From Octopus vulgaris (Eukaryota), in contig OX597815.1 in NCBI GenBank assembly GCA_951406725.2, forward strand, positions 213,528,001 through 213,592,000: a stretch of 64,000 nucleotides of DNA. The letters are read 5' to 3'. This document shows positions 46,140 through 55,475 of this stretch, in pieces (within the stretch, counting starts at the first letter, position 1; the number at the start of each line of letters is the position of its first letter). The notes under the pieces are model-generated. The model ran no database searches. It was not told the DNA's origin and saw nothing but the letters and a program-made list of their open reading frames with translations. A program made the position numbers and the translations under genes.

Positions 46140-46152
46140 GTTGCCATGGTGA
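46140..46152. promoter_or_regulatory. Candidate RFX X-box
   Basis: GTTGCCATGGTGA, just downstream of a G-rich tract (46019-46112). Confidence 0.45.
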
Positions 46153-46690
46153 GGAATATGGGAACAACTGAGTTTTAAAAAGATAAAGAGAAAGAAAAAA
46201 TAAAAAAATAAGAAAAAGAAAAAGAAGAGGGCAATAAAAAAAAACCAGGCAGAGAAGACGAACAAAAGAAGAAAGGGAAAAGGAGACAACATGCACAAAA
46301 CAACACCACCACCAAAACCCGAGCGAAGCAGGGGTCAAAATAGCCAGTTGATATATAAAAGTCATATTGCAGTTAAGTGTAATGAAATTTTGAAAGGATA
46401 AGTCTACTTTCCGAGGTAAAGGAGTAATCAAACCCATGCAAGGTGAGGTTACTACTTCTAGTTAATTATGTATTGTGAATCTGAATACCAATAAAAAGAC
46501 TTCTCAGTTACTGCTAATTCGATGACAACAGACACCGAGGGAGCAAAGAAAGCACGGCATATCTTTTTCACATTTATTATTAAATTTCCAAATCAAATTG
46601 ACAACAATTTCCAATCTTTGCAATAACCAGTGTCACATTTTATCTAATTTGTATTACTTAACTTTTCCTAATTTGTTTTCAACTATTCAG

Positions 46691-46831
46691 TCTCCTGGTC
46701 CTTGCGCGTACAAAACTTGTAAACCTGCAACGTACAGCAAAAAATCACCAGAATTTAGTATGCTATCGAAATGTTCGCCTCCAGAAGATATGCACCGAGC
46801 GCCAGGCCCCGGAGCCCATCACCCAGAAAAC
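46691..46831 (+). CDS. ODF3: Next internal coding exon of the ODF3-like gene (SHIPPO/PGP repeats)
   Basis: TTCAG acceptor (ends 46690), 141 nt, phase 0/0, donor AAC|GTAAAT. Translates to SPGPCAYKTCKPATYSKKSPEFSMLSKCSPPEDMHRAPGPGAHHPEN, the TPGP..Y...P.(Y/F)SM....PGPGAH.PE block that directly follows DL.K in ODF3 proteins. It joins the 910-1034 exon in frame. Confidence 0.82.
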
Positions 46832-46882
46832 GTAAATATCTAACATGTTTCTTTCTCTCTCTCTGTTCCGATCAATCAATAT

Positions 46883-46909
<27 letters not shown>

Positions 46910-46913
<4 letters not shown>

Positions 46914-47400
46914 ATGAATTTTTTGTGTAATAAGATAGAAAACCAAGGCTGTGTAGATATTAGAGCATTTATAAATGGAAGGTCTTACAGCTGTTTCTAG
47001 GATATTAATTAATAATATCCCTTCATCGGAGACGGTGTGAGAGGATGGTTAAGTCATAGTTAGTTTAGATGTGATACAAAATACAGAGTGAGTTGGAGGA
47101 AAGAAGATAGATGCAAAATGTGTATGGGTATTGAAGTTCGTCTCCGATGAAGGGATATAATTAATAAAAATCCTAGAAACAGCTGTAAGACCTTCTATTT
47201 ATAAATGGTCTAATATCTGCAGAGCCTTGTTTTTTTTTTAAATCTTATTACGCAAAAAATTCTTATATACACACACTGACATAGAACCAACGTTGAACCC
47301 TTTATTCGCAAAATTACCGAATCTGGAACTTAACTATGGTCAGCATTACCTGACACCTTTGGGTCTCGACACCATTATCTCTTATAACTTCATCTTCTCG

Positions 47401-47401
<1 letters not shown>
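46910..47401. mobile_element. Penelope-type inverted-repeat element with two hammerhead motifs (CCGAUGA core), flanked by (TA)n
   Basis: Arms at 46910-47034 and 47139-47270, ~105-bp spacer, one-sided tail to 47401. The + motif at 47140-47191 reads GUCU CCGAUGA agggau..auccua GAAA CAGCUG UA AGAC. The - motif is at 46982-47033. Confidence 0.75.
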
Positions 47402-47454
<53 letters not shown>

Positions 47455-47455
<1 letters not shown>

Positions 47456-47785
47456 AGACCCCCGTCGGTCACGAATGGCCATGGGATTGCACTTAGAAAG
47501 TTCCCATCCGAAGCACAGGCGTGGAAAAGGTTGTTTATGGAAGACCAGCAGTCACCCATGCATACCAGCATCCCCTCTCCACGTCACCGATGTTATCCAA
47601 GGGAAAGGCAAAGGGGCCGATACAGCTTGGCACCAGTGACGTCGCAACTCATTTCTACAGCTGAGTGAATTGGAGCAACGCGAAATAAAGTGTCTTGCTC
47701 AAGAACACAACACACAGCCCGGTCCGAGATTCGAACTCACAACCACACGATCGTAAGTTCAACGCTCTAACCACTGAACCATGCA
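47455..47785 (-). mobile_element. SINE, family B
   Basis: tRNA-like head on the minus strand (gcatggttcagtggttagag...gagttcgaatc). Matches 1165-1480. Confidence 0.85.
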
Positions 47786-48180
47786 CATGTATACACGCAG
47801 ACACATAAAGTTTCTTAATTTATTTTCCTCTTATATGTTAATATATTTATGTTTGAAAAATATTATTCCCTGAATGAAATGTAACTCGGTTTCAATTGTG
47901 GAAGGCGGTGTTTTACTCCATTTATGTTACGGTCTGTTGGACACACACACACACACACACACACACACCTTATTGATATTTATAATGATATAAACATCCA
48001 TTATGGTCATACAATTATAGGGATGATATATAGTTAATTAAATCAAATCTACCACAGATCAATAATCAATATCTATCGGACTGAGAAAGATACCAAGTAA
48101 TGTCATCTCTGGATTTGAACTCTGTTCGCTGAATTGTCTCATTAAATACCGACTATTTACAGCAACGTTATCTTATTTAT

Positions 48181-48403
48181 AATAATACTCATTTCAAATT
48201 TTGGCACAAGGCCAGCAATTTCGGCGGAGGAGTAAGTCGATTAAATCGATCTCAGTACTCAACTGGTACTTATTTTATCAATCCCGAAAGGATAAAAGGG
48301 GCAAAGTTGACCTCGGCGGAATTTGAGCTCAGAACATAAAGACGGACAAAATTCCGCCGAGCATTTTGTCCGGCCTGCAAACGATTCTTCCAGCTCGCCG
48401 CCT
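48181..48403 (-). mobile_element. SINE, family D, left member of the second head-to-head pair
   Basis: TSD tcttatttat at 48171-48180 and 48404-48413. Confidence 0.85.
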
Positions 48404-48429
48404 TCTTATTTATGATATTTATTTCTCAT

Positions 48430-48644
48430 AGAGGCGGTGAGCCGGCAGAATCGATAACACCCTGGACGAAATGCTAAGCGGTATTCCGCCTGTCGCTACA
48501 TTCTGAGTTCAAATGCTGCTGAGGTTGACTTTGCCTTTCATACTTCCGGGGCCGATAAATTAAGTACCAATTGAGTAATGGAGTCGATGTGATCGACTAC
48601 CCTGCTCCCCACAAATTCTAGGCCTTGTGCCTAAAAGTAGAAAG
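48430..48644 (+). mobile_element. SINE, family D, right member of the second head-to-head pair
   Basis: 16-bp TSD gatatttatttctcat at 48414-48429 and 48645-48660. Confidence 0.85.
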
Positions 48645-48799
48645 GATATTTATTTCTCATCTGTAATGAAGTCGTATTTTGGAAGAGAGAGAGGGTTAAC
48701 AATCAGTTGATATCGACTCGCGTACACAACTGATGCTATTTCCCCGATACCACAAGTATAAAAAGCAAAACCAAACAAAATCTAACTCTCGATGGAACT

Positions 48800-49068
48800 T
48801 AAACAACATTGTTCCTCATGGAATCAACTGGTTTTGCTGCTTCGCCGGAATGCACTCGCACGGTTTCCTCGTGACCGTGTAAATAAGCATCATCGTCAGA
48901 AAAGCGAGTCTGTTCGTTTCCAGTCCTCCGTGTAAAACATATCATGCCATGCTTCGGAAATATGTGAGGATTGGCGACAGAAAGGGCGTCCGGTCGTAGA
49001 AAAATATGCTTCTAAAAGTTCCGTCTCGCCCATGCAAACGTGGAAAAGGGGACGTTAAATGATGATGA
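48800..49068 (+). mobile_element. SINE with a family C-type 3' end
   Basis: aagggcgtccggtcgtagaaa...ccatgcaaacgtggaaaaggggacgttaaatgatgatga. Confidence 0.65.
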
Positions 49069-49224
49069 CCTACAGTGTATCTAGGACCACATTATCGTAT
49101 GTCTGCTTTATCTGTCAAAATAAGTAGGGCATGATTTGAGCAAGATTTGATTGCTATTTCACGCTGGTCGAGCGACTGTGTAGATATCCCTTCATATAAT
49201 AATATAAAAATTACAAAAATTCAT

Positions 49225-49460
49225 TATTTACATTATTTACATTATTTACATTCGACGGATATTTGCCCTCATCTTGTTTGTTGATATTTGTTGTATCTCA
49301 TTCGATTTCATTCGATTTCATTATATTTTGTAAAATTTTAAGTCATATAATCATTGTGTGTCTGACCCCCCAATCAGGCTCCCCTCTATGTTTAGGCCCT
49401 TGTGGCTAATAAAGAAATTGAATGTAAATAATGTACATAATTCCTCATCTCTTAAATATA
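49225..49460. mobile_element. Remnant of the 3320-3858 element family (both inverted ends, no hammerhead)
   Basis: ttatttacattcgacggatatttgccctcatcttgtttg ... gaatgtaaataatgtacataattcctcatctcttaaatata. Confidence 0.7.
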
Positions 49461-49634
49461 TATATATAATTATTATCTTAGTATATATATATACTTTCAT
49501 ACGCACCACATACTCTCTCATACACACACGCACCCTTATGTTGGGGCGAAGTCATTTGACCCTGTTATCTCCCCTATTTTCGCTCTTGCGTCTCACGTTT
49601 GGTCTCTGATTTCTGGCCAGAATCGCCATGTTGA

Positions 49635-49825
49635 ATCGCTAGCTTCTGCACGCATTTTTTTTTTCTCTCCTTGTTTCTTTTCTGTGTATCTTTCTGTTGA
49701 AGAGCGTAGGCTCGAAACGTAAAAGATTTGTTTTATTTATATTCCTGAGCGCCATACTAATACAATTGCTTGTTTGTACTCCACCTGCCTTCGTCTTTTG
49801 TTTATTTTCATAAAGCTTCCCGTTA
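49635..49825 (+). mobile_element. Penelope-type terminal fragment with a variant hammerhead (49688-49727), ending in (TA)n
   Basis: AUCUUU CUGUUGA A GAGC guag GCUC GAAA CG UA AAAGAU. A homologous copy lies at 54000-54175. Confidence 0.7.
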
Positions 49826-50142
49826 TATATATATATATATATATTGATACAAATATATAAAATTCCCATTGTTATAATCATTGAAGTTGTACAGTCATTA
49901 TGAGTATTGAATTTTCTTTTATAGTCATGGGTTCATAAGCAAGCGGCACCGTGCTATAGTTTTGGCGTTCGTCACTCCCCCTACACAGTTCCTCTCGTCG
50001 TTGAAGTGTCTGATTAAAACGTCTTTCTGTTTTATACTGAAATTTAAACCGTGTTAAACGAACAGTAAACAGAACAATACATGTAAGTATATTTTGAGAG
50101 TTAATTTTAATTGCATATGCATTTTGTGTTAGGCTCACCACA

Positions 50143-50953
50143 TCTTTACATATATAAAACTGTAGTTGTGTGAGTGTCTGTCCCCTTCGATTTAGATTCC
50201 TAACTACTCCCACATTTTGCGGTGCAGTTTAACCAAATTCGGGTATCTTATAGTCGTGATTCATATCGAGCCCGTCTGAGTATTAGCGCGCGTCTACGAT
50301 GAGTCTACGATTTTAAAAATAATTTAACATCATTTTTTATTCCATTTTAATGCATAACTTTTCGTGTGTCGATGGCGGCGGAGTTGGCGTCCATGGTCAC
50401 ACCTGCACCTGTTTGCTTCTCCCCCTTCTTCCCTCCCTCGTGAAGCTGTGGGGAAGGGAGTGTAAGGAAATCAACGTCGTAAAGCGTTGTCAAGGAGACC
50501 AGCGTTCTTTTAGAACAACGACTTCATGGCTTGAAGACACCAAAACAGAAATGGCTAAGAAAGCCCGAATTGGCATCTATAAGGGAAGTGACTCTCTAAA
50601 AATGCTTATATAGTTATTTCCCTTACAAACCCGAGCAACGCCGGGCGATACTGCTAGTTATATATAAAAGTGAAGTTGTGTGTCTGTCTCCTACGATTTA
50701 GATTCCTAACTACTCCCACATTTTGCGGTGCAGTTTATCCAAAAGCGGGTATCTTATAGTCGTGATTCATATCGAGCCCTTCTGGCTATTAGCGTGCGTC
50801 TATGATGAGTCTACGATTTAAAAAAAAATTTACCATAATTTTTTCCCATTTTTAATGCATTTTTTTGCTATTATATAAAGGAAGTAACTCTCTAAAAATG
50901 CTTATATAATTATTTCCCTTACAAACCCGAGCAACGCCGGGCGATACTGCTAG
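50143..50953 (+). mobile_element. Tandem head-to-tail pair of non-autonomous Helitrons
   Basis: TC start at 50143. Both units end in cccgagcaacgccggg hairpin plus CTAG (50654-50657 and 50950-50953). The first unit carries ~220 bp of extra internal sequence. Confidence 0.85.
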
Positions 50954-51274
50954 TTAAGTATAATTAGCTCTCCACCTGTCTTCTGATTTTTATGCAGAAG
51001 ACAGTCCTCGGAGATTCTCCCATATCATTATTTTGATTAATCGCCTAATTAGTGAATAATGAATATGGTCTGATAAATAGAATAAGAGTGTATTTCGATG
51101 AGGATATCTAATTAGATTGGAACACGCCATTCTACTCGTCACCACATGGCCTCATTTAACTGTTTGCATTTAGGGGTTCTCTCCCTTGTCTTTTAGAAGT
51201 ATTATGACAAATCTTTACTTAATTATGGTATAATTTTATTGCAATTACGCTTAGCTCCTTATATTACTCATGTG

Positions 51275-51287
51275 ATCTATCTATTTG

Positions 51288-51386
<99 letters not shown>

Positions 51387-51410
51387 GTAGGTCTGTCTGT
51401 CTGTTTGTCT
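51275..51410. repeat. (CTAT)n/(CTGT)n microsatellite
   Basis: Direct reading of the sequence. Confidence 0.9.
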
Positions 51411-51459
51411 GTATATATATATATATAATGTTATTGTTGAAGATATATATATATATATA

Positions 51460-51704
51460 AACAATAATAAATCTCTGAGCGAGGTATAAACAGTAACTGC
51501 TCTTTAATATAAGCGGCATCAGCCATCTGAATGTGGCTAGGGACAGGGCGGGGTGGTGGGGGTGTTACCGATGCATTTAGCCCCAGGCGACTTGATGGTG
51601 TCGGCTCTTCTAGTGACGTCTATAGTCGCCTGGGGCTAAATGCATCAGTAACACCCCCACCACCCCGCCCTGTCCCTAGCCACATTCAGATGGCTGATCC
51701 CGCT

Positions 51705-51710
<6 letters not shown>
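51460..51710. mobile_element. GC-rich palindromic element between (TA)n tracts
   Basis: 87-bp arms at 51506-51592 and 51624-51710 with about 2 mismatches, a 31-bp spacer and a one-sided tail at 51460-51505. Confidence 0.8.
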
Positions 51711-51747
<37 letters not shown>

Positions 51748-51849
51748 CTGCTCGCTTAGCCAGTGGGGTGGCGTCATTCGAAGGCTAAAACAATGCGAAC
51801 GCATTGTGACCAGCGATGTGTAACTACATCTGATGGACTGGTCGTAAAA

Positions 51850-51917
<68 letters not shown>

Positions 51918-52228
51918 CTTTAAATGTAATATATGACAATTATTCGGTAGCCATAACAAAACTCTGAGTTTCGGATGCCAAAGTGGAAATCCACGCCACC
52001 TTCTCTTCAGTTATCCGGCCATCGGAAAAAGTGCTATGAAAATGACCATTAAACAAAGGGAAATTACTGTGTGATTGACCGTTATTAAGACAAAAGGGCT
52101 ATTTGAATGACCGCTAAGTGAGGGGAGGAGTAAAAGTAAGAGGGTACACATATTACATTTACAGATAAATTCTTCTATTTACATAATATCGAGGTCTCTT
52201 TCATTCTTTGTTGTCTTACCATTTGTAT

Positions 52229-52274
<46 letters not shown>

Positions 52275-52277
<3 letters not shown>

Positions 52278-52593
52278 ACAAGATTCTGTGATAGCCTGGG
52301 CTTCCGAGGCCCACAGCTCTTCAATATCCTCCCGAAGAACCTGAGAGACCTGCATGGGGTGGATACAGATGTCTTTAAAATGAAGCTGGATCTCTTCCTG
52401 TCAGGTGTCCCAGATGAACCAACTTCACGGCAGGAGGGGCAGATGAGGGCAGCTGCATCGAACTCTCTCATGCACCAAATAGCAGTTGCTAGAAAGCCTC
52501 CATGAAGTGAAACCAAGTAGCAACACCAAATGGCGGTGCCCCAGCATGGCCACAGCTCATAAGCTGAAACTAGAATCAATCAATCAATCAATC
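52275..52593 (+). mobile_element. 5'-truncated CR1-type LINE 3' end
   Basis: RTRFCDSLGFRGPQLFNILPKNLRDLHGVDTDVFKMKLDLFLSGVPDEP...* followed by a short UTR and an (ATCA)n tail. Confidence 0.8.
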
Positions 52594-52608
52594 ATAATAA
52601 TTAAATAT

Positions 52609-53100
52609 ATACATTATATAATTATATAAGGGAACAAGAAAAAGTCCTGCTCCAACATGTTGTAAGAAGTGCCAAAAAACCCGTTATAAACCACCTTTAG
52701 CTCCTGAAAAAATACGGGTTGTAGGCGCGCAAATGAAAAATACAAAATATAATTCCAGAGCCCAATTTCGAGATTAAAGCAGTAAAATAGCATATTTCCC
52801 ATCCTCAGCACAATATTCAAAGAAACATAGTCACAAATATTTTTAGATACCCCCACGAAATAAATTTGTACGACCGTGTGCAAATATCCGCGCTTATGCT
52901 TCAAAATAAAGACAAATTTTCACTTTTCATTTCAGCCGCGTATTTTTTAAAACCGAAATAACTCAAAGTAATGCAATTCCGATTCGGAGCATAAATATTT
53001 TATTTATTTATATAAACAAGGATAAAAATCATGTAAATAATAATATCAAGTGGCCAACAAGCTATAAAAACTTGTGGTTAAATTATACTAAACTAATAAC
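52609..53100. mobile_element. AT-rich repeat (MITE-like family), copy 1
   Basis: 52609-52907 is the reverse complement of 53583-53892. 53010-53100 is the reverse complement of 54462-54555. Confidence 0.7.
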
Positions 53101-53154
53101 TATATATATTTGATTTTCATTTTGAAGTCGAGTACATCAACATCAAAATAAAAA

Positions 53155-53500
53155 TTAAATGGAAATTGTAGTTGTGATACCCGTGCCGGTAGCTCGTAAA
53201 AAGCACCATCCGAACGTGGACGATGCCAGCGCCGCCTTGACTGGCGTCCGTGCCGGTGACACGTAAAAAGCACCAACCGATCGTGGTCGTTTGCCATCCT
53301 CCTCTGGCCCCTGTGTCGGTGGCACGTAAAAAGCACCCACTACACTCATGGAGTGGTTGGTGTTAGGAAGGGCATCCAGCTGTAGAAACACTGCCAGATC
53401 AGACTGGAGCCTGGTGCAGCCTTCTGGCTTCCCAGACCCCGGTCGAACCGTCGAACCCATGCTAGCATGGAAAACGGACGTTAAACGATGATGATGATGA
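53155..53500 (+). mobile_element. SINE, family C
   Basis: Three tandem gccggtg.cacgtaaaaagcacc units and a ggacgttaaacgatgatgat tail. Confidence 0.8.
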
Positions 53501-53892
53501 TACATTATATAATTATATAAAGGATCAGGAAAAAACCTGCTCCTGCATGTAAAAATACACCAAAATAACGTTATAAACCACCTTTTGAAGCATAAGCGCG
53601 GATATTTGCACATGGTCGTACGAATTTATTTCGTGGGGGTATCTATAAATATTTGTGACTATGTTTCTTTGAATATTGTGCTGAGGATGGGAAATATGCT
53701 ATTTTACTGCTTTAATCTCGAAATTGGACCAATACACAATTGACTGTGGTGTTTTACTTTGTATTTTTCATTTGCGCGTCTACAACCCGATTTTTTGCAA
53801 GAGCTAAAGGTGGTTTAAAACGTTTTTTGGCGTATTCTTACGACATGCTCGAGCAGGTTTTTTCCTGTTCTCTTATATAATTATATAATGTA
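53501..53892. mobile_element. MITE-like element with ~80-bp imperfect terminal inverted repeats
   Basis: Begins tacattatataattatataa...aaaccacctt and ends aaggtggttt...ttatataattatataatgta. Confidence 0.7.
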
Positions 53893-53952
53893 TACATACA
53901 TACACACATACATACATACATACATACATACATACATACATACATACATACA

Positions 53953-53998
<46 letters not shown>

Positions 53999-53999
53999 G

Positions 54000-54172
54000 A
54001 TCGTTAGCCATTACGCACATTTTTCTCTCCTTGTTTTTTCTGTGTCCCTTTCTGTAGAAGAGCGTAGGCTCGAAACGTAAAAGACTTTTTCTATTCCTGA
54101 GCGTTATACCAATACATCTGTTTGTTTTATACACCACCTGTCTTCGTCTTTTGTTTTTTTCGTAAACTCTCC

Positions 54173-54175
<3 letters not shown>
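54000..54175 (+). mobile_element. Penelope-type terminal fragment with a variant hammerhead (54048-54083)
   Basis: CUUU CUGUAGA A GAGC guag GCUC GAAA CG UA AAAG. Homologous to 49635-49825. Confidence 0.7.
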
Positions 54176-54227
<52 letters not shown>

Positions 54228-54228
<1 letters not shown>

Positions 54229-54423
54229 TTATTATATAGAAGGAGCTTCTACAGGACTAGTACTGTTTCATTCAAGAGAAATCTTCAGGAAGCTCCTGAA
54301 GATTTCTCTTGAATGAAACAGTACTAGTCCTGTAGAAGCTCCTTCTATATAATAAATTAATTTTACTCTGCTATGTATTGAGTACCTTACTTACTGTGGT
54401 TAACCCCGAATCAACCCGGGACC

Positions 54424-54426
<3 letters not shown>
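54228..54426. mobile_element. Palindromic double-hammerhead mini-element in (TA)n, second copy
   Basis: The minus-strand motif at 54243-54295 reads GAGCUUC CUGAAGA uUUC ucuu GAAu GAAA CAG uacuaguc CUG UA GAAGCUC, with a perfect 7-bp stem I. The + strand motif at 54289-54341 overlaps it at the palindrome centre. Confidence 0.85.
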
Positions 54427-54467
<41 letters not shown>

Positions 54468-54555
54468 TTATTTCAGTATAATTTAACCACAAGTTTTTCT
54501 AGCATGTTAGCCACTTGATATTATCAATTACATGATTTTTTATCCTAGTTTATAG

Positions 54556-54765
<210 letters not shown>

Positions 54766-54888
54766 AATCAGAGATGTATTTGTAAATATTTGTGGAATTG
54801 TGTTAATTCTTAATAATTTCAGTATCGAACCCAGTGAATGTCAGTGATTGACCTAATCACATTTGTCATCGATTTCTTTTCTTTTCAG

Positions 54889-54900
54889 GTGCCTTCCTGA
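54889..54900 (+). CDS. Candidate terminal exon (VPS*) of the ODF3-like gene, followed by a putative 3'UTR
   Basis: Branch-like CTAAT at 54853-54857 and a tttcttttcttttcag acceptor ending at 54888. Phase 0 gives GTG CCT TCC TGA. AATAAA lies near 55160. There is no protein-homology support. Confidence 0.3.
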   Translation: MPS

Positions 54901-54942
54901 GTGGTCTCTGTAAATTTGTATCGACTGCAACATCGCTTGTCA

Positions 54943-54996
<54 letters not shown>

Positions 54997-55407
54997 AATA
55001 TATGCATACACACACACATATATATATATATACGCATATATACATATAAATATACATTATGTATACCCGAGGAAATAATGTTGTGAATGGCGGAAACTAC
55101 TTTGTTCATTGAATTACATTGAATTAAGATTATCTTTGATGAACCCTTCATCTCTTATTAATAAACTGTCATGTAGTTATGTCTGATGCAATTTTCGAAT
55201 GTTGATTGAGTGATATGTCTGAAGAAGCTGTAATGCATTGAATTGTTGATGTATTTGGTTACATTAGCTGTGACTGTGTGTGTATGTGTGTGTGTGTGAG
55301 TGTGTGTGTGGAGGAATGTTGAAAATATGGCTATAATATTTTATATAAAGATTTCCAGTTTAGCTTTTCAATTTGTACGAATCTCAGTTTTACTTTGATT
55401 ATTATCA

Positions 55408-55475
<68 letters not shown>

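Noticed and set aside
46397-46442. Possible micro-exon DKSTFRGKGVIKPMQ ending at AAG|GTGAGG
   Set aside because: The acceptor is weak and the exit is phase 1, incompatible with the phase-0 ODF3 exon at 46691. There is no convincing homology.
47700-47785. tRNA-like sequence (A/B boxes)
   Set aside because: It is a SINE head with no complete cloverleaf. The same applies to the other SINE heads.
53175-53345. Regularly spaced direct repeats resembling a CRISPR array
   Set aside because: These are internal tandem units of a eukaryotic SINE. The spacers are related to each other and there are no cas genes.
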